Shown here: positions 24,674 to 33,750 of the stretch, piece after piece | How the letters are laid out: each line of letters opens with the position of its first letter | How positions within the stretch are numbered: position 1 is the first letter of the stretch | Source: a virus | Taxonomy: Duplodnaviria; Caudoviricetes | Direction: 5' to 3' (one strand) | IMG/VR virus record: IMGVR_UViG_3300017648_000008 | Coordinates: 1-39,962 of that record | DNA: 39,962 nucleotides | Translations under genes and position numbers: made by a program | Notes under the pieces: model-generated | Database searches by the model: none | What the model saw: only the letters and a program-made list of their open reading frames with translations | What the model was told of the DNA's origin: nothing

Positions 24674-25375
24674 ATGTCAATTCTGTCGGCGATGCAATCC
24701 GCTACAATTAGATTGGTGGGCCAAAAGCCCGCCGTCTTTTTTACTTCATCAGATCAGCTTGAGCTAGAAATTGTTGATCTGGTCAATGAAGTAGCTAGGG
24801 ACATTTGCAGATATGCTGATTGGCAGGCGCTGACTAAAGTTTATAATGTTCCAACTGATGGCGTTACTGAAATATTCGATCTTCCTGAGGACTATGATCG
24901 TCAGCTTTTGGTGACGGATATTCAGGACTTGAATAATTGGGTTTGGGGGTATGAGCACATTGAAAATATCAATGACTTCCTATACCGGCGCGCGCGTAAT
25001 TTTGAATTAACTCCTGGTGCGTGGACTATTTACCAAAATCAGATCCATTTCTTTCCACCGCCTAATGCTCAGAATAGCGCCACGTATCCTTACATTTCCA
25101 ATAATTATGCCCTTGATTCAAATAATTCAGGTAAGCCGGAGTTCACTGCCGATACAGACGATTTTGTCATCAAGGGCGGCAATGACCTTCTTACTCTTGG
25201 ACTTATCTGGCGTTGGCGAGAGAATAAAAAGCTAGACTATACAGGCGACCAAGAACAATTTACAATGGCTCTTGACCAGATTGCCGCTAAGGATAAAGGC
25301 ACCAACGTTTACCGTGCACGTTCCAGAAGCAGGCGTCTTAATACACATTTGGCATGGCCTTTTGAATTGGGGTAA
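24674..25375 (+). CDS. Head-tail adaptor-like protein
   Basis: Gene position; FDLPEDYDR and LL.LG..WRW...K.LDY motifs. Confidence 0.65.
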   Translation: MSILSAMQSATIRLVGQKPAVFFTSSDQLELEIVDLVNEVARDICRYADWQALTKVYNVPTDGVTEIFDLPEDYDRQLLVTDIQDLNNWVWGYEHIENINDFLYRRARNFELTPGAWTIYQNQIHFFPPPNAQNSATYPYISNNYALDSNNSGKPEFTADTDDFVIKGGNDLLTLGLIWRWRENKKLDYTGDQEQFTMALDQIAAKDKGTNVYRARSRSRRLNTHLAWPFELG

Positions 25376-25378
25376 TTG

Positions 25379-27295
25379 ATGTACCAGCGCCCTATCCTCG
25401 CGCAGAAGAAACCGGCGCAACGTAAATCAGACCTTAAAAAGTTCCCTGCACCTACAGGTGGGTGGATTAGCAACCGCAATCTATCTACACCTATGGAGAG
25501 CGGAGGCCCACAGGGCGCTGCGGTTCTTGATAACTTCTTCCCAACATCTACCACAGCTATTCTCAGACGCGGTAAAGAGCTTTATGCTACCCTTGGAGAA
25601 GGAGACGAAGGCGTAACGTCCCTGTTTACATACGTTAATGGCTTGAACCGTAAATTATTCGCTTCTACCGCAAATACCATTTACGACATCACTAATATCC
25701 TTGTCCCTTATAATTACCGCTTGGTGACAGAGTCCGGAGATTATATCGTCACTGAAAACGGTGATTATTTTGGTCAATCGTCTACTGAAGATATGGAAGC
25801 CTTTGAGGGCGCATTAGGCGGTAATTGGATCACTGTACAGTTTGCCACTACTGGCGGGATTTACCTTATTGGCGTTAACGGAGCGTCTACAGGCTTCATT
25901 TATGATGGCAATGCTTTCTATCCGTATGTAGAAGGCGGTGTCTTTGCTCTTTCATACGATAATGTCACGCAAGATTTTGTTGTCGGTGAGATTATAACTG
26001 GTGGCACGTCTGGTGCTGTCGGAACTGTATATGAAGTTCTCTCTGGTGGTGGACTTGTCCTAACCGGGGACGCATCTGGCTTTGAAGATAACGAAATGCT
26101 GACGGGTAGCCTTGGAGGTTCTGCTCAGGCTTCCACAAATTCCGTTAATCTTGTCCCAGGCATCACATTCCCTGATAGCCTAACAACTGCTGACATGTCT
26201 TACGTCTGGGTATTTAAAAACCGCCTTTGGTTCGTGCAGAAAGAGTCGCTAAATATCTGGTATATGGACGCCGTAGACGCCGTTGGTGGCTCTCCTAAGA
26301 TATATCCAATGGGCGGAATCTTCACCATGGGCGGTGAATGCCTATGGGGTGAATCCTGGTCTATGGGAACCGGTGCCGCTGGCGGCTTGTCAGATCAGAT
26401 GGTCGTTACTTCTACGGAGGGTGAAGTTGCAGTATTTCAAGGAAGTTACCCGGAAGCTACGGGTGATTGGGCGCACGTTGGCACATACAGAATTGGCAGG
26501 CCCCTTGGCAATCGCGCTCATTTCAGAGGCGGTGGTGATATTGCTGTTGCTACTAGTGTCGGGCTTATTCCTCTTTCCAAGGCTATAAGTCTTGATGTGA
26601 CGGCTCTTTCTCCCGCCGCTGTGTCGTACAACATTCAGGACGCATGGCAGCAGGCTGTTGACGGTCGCGGACTTGAGGATTGGTCTTGTATGCTTTGGCC
26701 TGAGCGAAAAATGGCAATCATATCCCCGCCTATTACAATTGGCGATTATGATCCAGTTCTGTTCATCTCCAACTCTGAAACAGGTGCATGGTGCCGTTAT
26801 ACCAATTGGGATGCTCGCGCTATGTGCGTATTCCAAGGCGAGATGTATTTCGGTGGGCCTAATGGAGAAGTGTTCAAAGCTAATGTAACTGGCATGGATA
26901 ACGGGTCTGTTTACACTGGCGTTTACATCCCACTGTTTGATGACCTCGGTTCTCCCGCCAATCTAAAAGTGCCCAAGATGGGCCGTGGCGTAGCAAGGGC
27001 AAAGGCAGACTTGTCTTACGGTCTTCGCTTCAAGGCTGATTTTGATATTGATCCAGGTTATGCACCAACAGCGTCTAGCGCGGATGGCTCCAATGCGTGG
27101 GGAACCGGCGTATGGGGGCAGTCTGTATGGGGTGGAACTAATCCTAATGTTTTCAATGCACAGTGGAAATCATTAGGGGGGACTGGTTACTACGTTTCTG
27201 CCTGCTATCAGGTAACGTCAGGTAGTTCGGTTCCTCTTGATGTTGAGATTGTCCATTTGGAAATCAGCTTAACCATGGGTGAGATTGTAACTTGA
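25379..27295 (+). CDS. Tail nozzle / DNA stabilisation protein
   Basis: ~638 aa, beta-rich; FPAPTGGW start, FKNRLWF; follows the adaptor. Confidence 0.7.
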   Translation: MYQRPILAQKKPAQRKSDLKKFPAPTGGWISNRNLSTPMESGGPQGAAVLDNFFPTSTTAILRRGKELYATLGEGDEGVTSLFTYVNGLNRKLFASTANTIYDITNILVPYNYRLVTESGDYIVTENGDYFGQSSTEDMEAFEGALGGNWITVQFATTGGIYLIGVNGASTGFIYDGNAFYPYVEGGVFALSYDNVTQDFVVGEIITGGTSGAVGTVYEVLSGGGLVLTGDASGFEDNEMLTGSLGGSAQASTNSVNLVPGITFPDSLTTADMSYVWVFKNRLWFVQKESLNIWYMDAVDAVGGSPKIYPMGGIFTMGGECLWGESWSMGTGAAGGLSDQMVVTSTEGEVAVFQGSYPEATGDWAHVGTYRIGRPLGNRAHFRGGGDIAVATSVGLIPLSKAISLDVTALSPAAVSYNIQDAWQQAVDGRGLEDWSCMLWPERKMAIISPPITIGDYDPVLFISNSETGAWCRYTNWDARAMCVFQGEMYFGGPNGEVFKANVTGMDNGSVYTGVYIPLFDDLGSPANLKVPKMGRGVARAKADLSYGLRFKADFDIDPGYAPTASSADGSNAWGTGVWGQSVWGGTNPNVFNAQWKSLGGTGYYVSACYQVTSGSSVPLDVEIVHLEISLTMGEIVT

Positions 27296-27744
27296 TTCAC
27301 ACCATGTACTACAGCAAGACAATGAACCCTTCCGCGAATGAAGCGGTTGGGTTTTTCGTATGCAGAGAAGCCGATATAACAATAAAAGACTTTTGCAGCA
27401 TGGGTGTATTCGAGGACGGTGATTTAATCGCTGGAACTCTTTACCATAATTACCACCCTGAATACGGTGTTATTGAACTATCATCTGCATCCGTTAGCAA
27501 AAGGTGGCTGACAAGGGCCGTGATTAATGCTATGTTCTTCCTGCCATTCACTCGTCTAGGCTGTCAATTAGTTGTATTGAGAGTTTCTGAAAGAAATAAA
27601 ACGATGATTGGTATTGCAAGAAAATTCGGATTTAGTGAAACTTACATTCCTCGTCTTCGCGGCAGGGATGAAGGCGAATTTATTTTTTCTTTGACTGACG
27701 ACGAGTGGAGCAAGTCGCCTTATAACAAAGGAGTTTCTGAGTAA
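27292..27744 (+). CDS. GNAT-fold virion assembly protein
   Basis: VSERN.......KFGF.E GNAT-like motif; position matches the equivalent podovirus gene. Confidence 0.7.
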   Translation: MIHTMYYSKTMNPSANEAVGFFVCREADITIKDFCSMGVFEDGDLIAGTLYHNYHPEYGVIELSSASVSKRWLTRAVINAMFFLPFTRLGCQLVVLRVSERNKTMIGIARKFGFSETYIPRLRGRDEGEFIFSLTDDEWSKSPYNKGVSE

Positions 27745-28724
27745 TGGGCAAGAGCGCTCCTAAAGCCCCCGATCCAGCGCAAACAGCAGCAGCGCAAGGC
27801 GCGTGGAACTCTTTCACGGCCCAGCAGCAGCAGCAAATGAACATGGTAAACCAGAATACCCCATGGGGTAGCTTGGATTACCAACAGACTGGTACGACAT
27901 GGATTACAGACCCGAACGGTAAGCGCGTTGAGGTTCCTACCTATACGGCTAACACCACGCTTTCTCCTGAGCAGCAGGCTATCTTTGATGCGTCTCAGTC
28001 TGCGCAGGGTAATCTTGCAAACATTGCGAACGATCAGTCTGCATGGCTTGGTGACTATCTCAAGTCTCCGTTTGAGTTTAACAATCAGGATGCTGAAAAC
28101 TGGGCTTATGACCTTGCTTCGTCTCGTATTCTGCCGCAGCAGGATCAGAACCGTAAAGACCTCGAGAACCGCCTGATAAACTCTGGTATTCGTCCCGGTA
28201 CCGCTGCTTACAATACGGAAATGGCTAGGTTAACCAACGCCAATACTGACCAATTGAACCAGTTAGCGCTAACTGGACGTTCGCAAGCTTTCCAAGAACA
28301 GCTTGCACAGCGCAACCAGCCTTTGAACGAAATCATCGGACTTATGTCCGGAACTCAGGTTCAAAGCCCCAACAGCACTTTCGCGCAAACGCCTCAGTCT
28401 CAGGTGGCCGGTGTTGATTATTCAGGGTTGGTTAATCAAAAATATCAGGCAGATATGAGTAGGTACAACAGCCAGATGGGCGCACTTGGCGGGTTGTTTG
28501 GCGGTGTTGCATCTATGTTGCCATTCTCAGATAGACGCCTGAAGGAAGATATTGAGCGCATTGGCACTACCGATAGCGGTGTACCTGTTTATAAATTTAA
28601 GTACATCGGATCGCCTGTTACGCACATTGGGTACATGGCTCAGGACTTGCTGGAATTGCAGCCTGAAGCTGTCCATAAAGACGCGGACGGGTATTACCGC
28701 GTTGATTATAGCAAGGTGAAGTGA
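27744..28724 (+). CDS. Internal virion/ejection protein with C-terminal S74-like chaperone domain
   Basis: MGKSAPKAPDP start; Q/N-rich; SDRRLKEDI...VYKFKY...GYMAQD...VDY. Confidence 0.75.
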   Translation: MGKSAPKAPDPAQTAAAQGAWNSFTAQQQQQMNMVNQNTPWGSLDYQQTGTTWITDPNGKRVEVPTYTANTTLSPEQQAIFDASQSAQGNLANIANDQSAWLGDYLKSPFEFNNQDAENWAYDLASSRILPQQDQNRKDLENRLINSGIRPGTAAYNTEMARLTNANTDQLNQLALTGRSQAFQEQLAQRNQPLNEIIGLMSGTQVQSPNSTFAQTPQSQVAGVDYSGLVNQKYQADMSRYNSQMGALGGLFGGVASMLPFSDRRLKEDIERIGTTDSGVPVYKFKYIGSPVTHIGYMAQDLLELQPEAVHKDADGYYRVDYSKVK

Positions 28725-29140
28725 TGCTGTTTAATTTTGGATTCAGGCCCCAAGGGCAAATGCCATTTATGCAAAACCAGCAGATTAATACGTTCGCTGC
28801 AAATAATCTCAGCGGTTATAATAATCTTGGCAATAGAATGTCAAATAATCCAAATGCTTATCAGCAAAGTCCTATGGCTCCAACTTCTGGCGCATTGGTT
28901 GATAGCGGTTTAGTAAACAACCAAAGCTTCATGAATAATATCTCACCATTTGCATCCGCTAATCCATCTAGTGCCATGATGGCAAATATGGGGTTTAATC
29001 AGGGGAATCAGTACACTCTAACACCGCAACAGCAGCAAACCCCCATTGCGCAGAATTTGATGCAATCAAATATCCCAGACGTCAAAAAACAAGCAATAGG
29101 CAGTATAATGTCCGGTGGGTTAAGAGGCGGGAATCGTTAA
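28721..29140 (+). CDS. Q/N/M-rich low-complexity protein
   Basis: 139 aa; coupled to neighbours at both ends. Confidence 0.7.
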   Translation: MMLFNFGFRPQGQMPFMQNQQINTFAANNLSGYNNLGNRMSNNPNAYQQSPMAPTSGALVDSGLVNNQSFMNNISPFASANPSSAMMANMGFNQGNQYTLTPQQQQTPIAQNLMQSNIPDVKKQAIGSIMSGGLRGGNR

Positions 29141-31383
29141 TGGCTAACCTTCAAGAAATCATCCCTGCCATTTTCACCGGGCCAAACGGTGAGCGTCTTA
29201 CACCTGAGCAGATTGCACAGCGTCAGCAGATCGCACAGTCGTTGATTGGGCGTGCCACAGATACCAGTCCTGATGCAGGTGGGTGGGCTTCTGTATTGAC
29301 GAAGGGTCTGCTAGGGTTCCAGTCTGGCCGTGATCGTCGCGCAGCAGACAATGCTATTACTGCCAACGCAGCGGCGGAACAGTCGCTTATCAGTGATATG
29401 CTGGGTAGTCTTGGCGGTGGCGCTGGGTTCCCTTCTGCTGTGGCGGCTGGCGCATCGCCTACATCTGTCGCAGCTGTTGGTGAGCCTGTTGCTATCCCTT
29501 CTGCCCCTGAGATTCGTCAAGGGTTGATTGACCGTGGTCTCCAGCCGCACATTGCAGACGCTTTCATCCTTAATTTTCAGGATGAGAGCGGTCTGAATCC
29601 AGGCATCAATGAGAAAAACCCAATTGTTCCCGGAAGCCGTGGCGGTTTCGGTCTTTACCAGCTTACAGGCCCGCGCCGCCGTGAGTATGAAGCGTTCGCA
29701 GCGCAGCGTGGCGTCAATCCTGCTGATGTGAATGCGCAGCTTGATTTTCTAGCTGGCGAGCTTGGACTTCCAGTTCAAGGCGTTGAGAATTTGCCATTTT
29801 TTGGTTCTGAAGGAAAGGCGGCTCAGTCTATTCTTTCCGCCCCAGATACGGCAACGGCTGCGCAGGCTATTGTTAATAACTTCCTGCGTCCTGCCCCAGA
29901 GCATCGTCAGGCACGTGCAGCAAAGTATGGTCGTGTAGCAACTACTCCGCAGGAAGCTATTGAACAGATCGCGCCTACACAGTCTCTTCCGTCTGCACAA
30001 GTTGCTCCATATGACTTTGCTTCTGACCCTAATCTTTCGGTTGCAAATTCTCTTGTATCTCCTCAATCACCATCTAACTTCAATGACCGTTGGAACGCAG
30101 GCGCTGCTACGGCTCCTATTGTGCCGGAACAGGAGATCCCTGCATCTGCTAATATTGCCCCAGAAGTGACGCCTATGGCGGCAGAACCACAGGCTACCGC
30201 TGATCCGCGCTTGTTGGCGATGAACGATCAAATGCTCGGCGGCTCTCTCTCGCCTTCTGGGACTTCTTCGGTAGCTCATGCGCTGTCTGGTGCGTTCCCT
30301 TCCGCGCCTAGCGCAGATCGTGCACCTGTTACGTCTCAGCCATTCCAGATGCCTGCACAACCCCAATCTGGCGGAATTAACCCTGCTATTATTCAGGCTC
30401 TTTCCAGTCCTTATATTTCAAATCAAGGCAGGCAGATTGCCGGTATGCTTTTGGGGCAGCAGTTGCAGCAGCAGCAAGCAGCGCAGGAACAACAGCGTTT
30501 GATGGCGCAGCGTCAGGCTACAGCGCAGACGTTGGGTATTAATCCTGCCCTTGCTGGCGATGCTGATGCTTGGAAGGCATCGATTGAACAGGCTACACGC
30601 AATCGTAATACAGTTACGGTTGGAAATACCGTTTATGATGCCAATACCGGTCAGCCAATTATTCAGGGCGCACAAGAGCGCTTCACGACTATTACAGGGC
30701 AGCAGGCTCAGCAGTTGGGCCTCGATCCAAATAAGGCTTACAACGTAGGCCCAGATGGAAAGATAACTCCTATTGCTGAAAGTGGCGTTACCGTTAACGT
30801 TGGCGGTGGCGAGAAGTTTGATGAAAAACTAGCTGAACTAGATGCAAAAGCCATTGGGGACGTTGACACAGCAGGAAGGCAAGCCATACGAAATCTTGGG
30901 CGCATCAATCAGCTTGACGAACTATTGAGAGCCTCTCCTAGCGGTATAGATGCTGCGATACGTCAACGAGCAGGTGAATGGGGTATTAAAACAGAAGGTC
31001 TTGACACTTTGCAGGCCGCACAGGCGGCTATTAATTCTCTGGTCCCAGAGCAGCGTCCAGCGGGTTCCGGTCCAATGTCTGACGCTGACCTAGAATTGTT
31101 CAAACAGTCGTTGCCTCGTACCATTAACCAGCCTGGGGGTAATGAACTTATCATTAATACTATGCGTGGGATCGCCCAATATGATGCGCAAGGGGCTGAA
31201 ATTATTCAACGTCTTCGAGCAAGGCAGATCAGCCGTGAAGATGCGTTCCGTCTTCTCAATGAGCGTAAGAACCCACTAGACGAATTTAAGGCTGCGCAAG
31301 CTAGTCAAGCCGCTCCAACTGGTTCTGACGGCTGGCGTGACGCAGGCAACGGTATTCGTATTCGCCCGAAAGGTTCTAACTAA
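29140..31383 (+). CDS. Internal virion protein with phage tail lysozyme domain
   Basis: NFQDESGLNP...GFGLYQLTGPRR...QLDF...EL...FLRP. Confidence 0.8.
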   Translation: MANLQEIIPAIFTGPNGERLTPEQIAQRQQIAQSLIGRATDTSPDAGGWASVLTKGLLGFQSGRDRRAADNAITANAAAEQSLISDMLGSLGGGAGFPSAVAAGASPTSVAAVGEPVAIPSAPEIRQGLIDRGLQPHIADAFILNFQDESGLNPGINEKNPIVPGSRGGFGLYQLTGPRRREYEAFAAQRGVNPADVNAQLDFLAGELGLPVQGVENLPFFGSEGKAAQSILSAPDTATAAQAIVNNFLRPAPEHRQARAAKYGRVATTPQEAIEQIAPTQSLPSAQVAPYDFASDPNLSVANSLVSPQSPSNFNDRWNAGAATAPIVPEQEIPASANIAPEVTPMAAEPQATADPRLLAMNDQMLGGSLSPSGTSSVAHALSGAFPSAPSADRAPVTSQPFQMPAQPQSGGINPAIIQALSSPYISNQGRQIAGMLLGQQLQQQQAAQEQQRLMAQRQATAQTLGINPALAGDADAWKASIEQATRNRNTVTVGNTVYDANTGQPIIQGAQERFTTITGQQAQQLGLDPNKAYNVGPDGKITPIAESGVTVNVGGGEKFDEKLAELDAKAIGDVDTAGRQAIRNLGRINQLDELLRASPSGIDAAIRQRAGEWGIKTEGLDTLQAAQAAINSLVPEQRPAGSGPMSDADLELFKQSLPRTINQPGGNELIINTMRGIAQYDAQGAEIIQRLRARQISREDAFRLLNERKNPLDEFKAAQASQAAPTGSDGWRDAGNGIRIRPKGSN

Positions 31384-32888
31384 TGGCTATTTTTGAGCTA
31401 CAAGGTCCAGACGGTCAGATTTACGAAGTTGATGCGCCAGATGAAGCGAGCGCTTTGCAAGCTTTTCAGGGGATGGGTGGCGCTGATCAGCCTCAACCAG
31501 AAGGCGGCTACGGGTCACAAATATTTTCCGGCCTATTAGAGGGCGCTACAGGATCTTTGGGCGCTCCAGTAGATTTGGTTAACAATCTATTGGTTGCACC
31601 CGCAGCCGCTGGCATTAATTATGCGTTTGGAACGGATATTCAGCCTTCACAAACGCCTTTGGGCGGAAGCGCTGGATTGCGCCAAGGTTTGGCTATCTCT
31701 CCTGAAAGTACTGATCCGCTCGTTAGGGCCGCACGTCGAACCTCTCAATCAGTAGGTGGCGCTCTTGTCCCACTGGCGGGAACTGCGAATACGGCAGGGC
31801 AAGTGGCTACAGGTGTTGCTACGGCTACAGGCGGCGGGCTAGGCGCGTCTATTGCGCAGTATTTATTCCCTGATAATATTGGCGCTGAAATAGCAGGTGA
31901 ATTGATTGGCGGGTTAGGAACCGGAGCGGCTATTTCAGGATTAGCTAACCGTTCTGCTCGTCAGGCGGCAGAAAGGGCTGTTCCATCTATCGATGACCTT
32001 AAGGCTCAAGCTTCTGACTTGTACGCACAGGCTGAAGCACGTGGCGTTGTGGCCGATCCGGCAATGACAACCAGCCTTGCTGATGACATTACCAAGATTG
32101 CACGGGATAACGAGCTTATCACTCCTACAGGGAGGATTGCAGAAGCATACCCAAAGGCCAAAGAAGCGCTCCAGCTTATGCGCGATTATGCCGGGTATGA
32201 CATGAACCCTACCCAGATGCAGGTTATTAGGGAAACGCTTGCGGATGCTGCCTTTGGGGCCGAAGGCAAAGAAGGCCGCATCGCTAAGAAGATGCTTTCT
32301 GCATTCGATGACTTTGTTTCCCCTCTTGCCCCTGAGTTGGCTGAAGCGCGCAAGATTTCAAGCCGTTATCTTAAGGCTGGAACTCTTGAGCGGGCAAGAG
32401 AACTCGCGGGGGCGCGTGCAGGGCAGTTCACGGGTTCCGGCTTTGAGAATGCCTTACGCACGGAATACCGCAATCTTGACCGGCGCATTATCAAAGGGCA
32501 AGAACAAGGCTGGTCTCCTGAACAAATTCAGGCCATACAAAACGTCAGCCGTGGCACGCCCATGCAGAATACGGCCCGTAATATCGGTAAACTTGCGCCT
32601 ACTGGCGTTGTTAGTGCTGGACTGGGTAGCGGCGTGCCATTCATGATTGGTAACGCTATTGGTGGCCCAGCGGTTGGTGCTGCAAGCGCGGCTTCTACTA
32701 TGGGCGCAGGTTTTGCTGGCCGAGAAATGGCGACACGCATGGGGTTGAGAAATGCTGATGTAGCAGAGTTACTTGCGCGATCAGGAGGCACTTTGCCGAA
32801 TGCATCAAATCCTGCTATAAGAGATGCTGTAATTCAAGCTTTGATTGGCTCTCAATTGGCAGCGCAATCTAATATGGGTGGTAACTAA
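31383..32888 (+). CDS. Internal virion / DNA ejection protein
   Basis: GPDGQIYEVDAPD start; A/G-rich with hydrophobic stretches. Confidence 0.7.
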   Translation: MAIFELQGPDGQIYEVDAPDEASALQAFQGMGGADQPQPEGGYGSQIFSGLLEGATGSLGAPVDLVNNLLVAPAAAGINYAFGTDIQPSQTPLGGSAGLRQGLAISPESTDPLVRAARRTSQSVGGALVPLAGTANTAGQVATGVATATGGGLGASIAQYLFPDNIGAEIAGELIGGLGTGAAISGLANRSARQAAERAVPSIDDLKAQASDLYAQAEARGVVADPAMTTSLADDITKIARDNELITPTGRIAEAYPKAKEALQLMRDYAGYDMNPTQMQVIRETLADAAFGAEGKEGRIAKKMLSAFDDFVSPLAPELAEARKISSRYLKAGTLERARELAGARAGQFTGSGFENALRTEYRNLDRRIIKGQEQGWSPEQIQAIQNVSRGTPMQNTARNIGKLAPTGVVSAGLGSGVPFMIGNAIGGPAVGAASAASTMGAGFAGREMATRMGLRNADVAELLARSGGTLPNASNPAIRDAVIQALIGSQLAAQSNMGGN

Positions 32889-32889
32889 C

Positions 32890-33750
32890 ATGCCAAGAGA
32901 CAGCAACGGCAACACCAATCCACTTCCAGGTACTATCGTTCAAACTGGCGATACTATTCTGCCATCGCAGCATAACCCAGCCTTGGTTGATCTTTATGCA
33001 ATGATGACGCAATCCTTGTCCCGTGATGGTCAAGGTGGTATGCGCAACAATCTCAACATGAATGGTTTTCAGATTACTGGACTTGGCAGCGCTACCATGC
33101 CAAGCAGTCCGGTACCTTTGTCACAGTTTCAGTCCGGCACTCCACTTGGCGCAGTCATTGATTATGCTGGCGTTAACCCGCCTAATACGTGGCAATTTTG
33201 CTTTGGGCAAGCAATCGAAGTCTCAGCATATCCTGATTTCGTAGCAGCTTGCTATGTTGGCAATGCACTAAACGCTACTGCTGGCTTTGGTTATCGCACA
33301 ACTTCCCAAACGGACCCTGCTGCAAATCGCTCAACCACCGGGCAATTTATTGTATTGCCTGATATGCGAGGACGAGTCGGGGCAGGACTTGATAATATGG
33401 GTGGTGTAGTAGCCGGTAGAGTTACCGCTGCATCTTCTGGATTTGCGGGGTCTACAATTGGTTCGTCTGGAGGTAGCCAATTGGAAACAATTTCAATTAG
33501 CCAGCTTCCACCTCATGCACACACCATTACAGATCCAGGTCATACTCATTCCATATCTGGACGTATTGTTGTAGGATATAATGGTGTTAATGCGGACGAA
33601 AGCTCAGGAACCAACGGGACTTTTATCGTTAACCCTACAACAAACATATCAACCACTAATATAACTATAAATAATACAGGGTCCGGGGAAGGTCACAGAA
33701 ATATGCAGCCCACAATTATGATAAACAAAATTATTAAGGTATCTTACTAA
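32890..33750 (+). CDS. Tail collar domain protein
   Basis: PLGAVIDYAG..PP..W.FC.GQ, LPDMRGRV..G, H.NMQP; ATG at 32890. Confidence 0.85.
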   Translation: MPRDSNGNTNPLPGTIVQTGDTILPSQHNPALVDLYAMMTQSLSRDGQGGMRNNLNMNGFQITGLGSATMPSSPVPLSQFQSGTPLGAVIDYAGVNPPNTWQFCFGQAIEVSAYPDFVAACYVGNALNATAGFGYRTTSQTDPAANRSTTGQFIVLPDMRGRVGAGLDNMGGVVAGRVTAASSGFAGSTIGSSGGSQLETISISQLPPHAHTITDPGHTHSISGRIVVGYNGVNADESSGTNGTFIVNPTTNISTTNITINNTGSGEGHRNMQPTIMINKIIKVSY

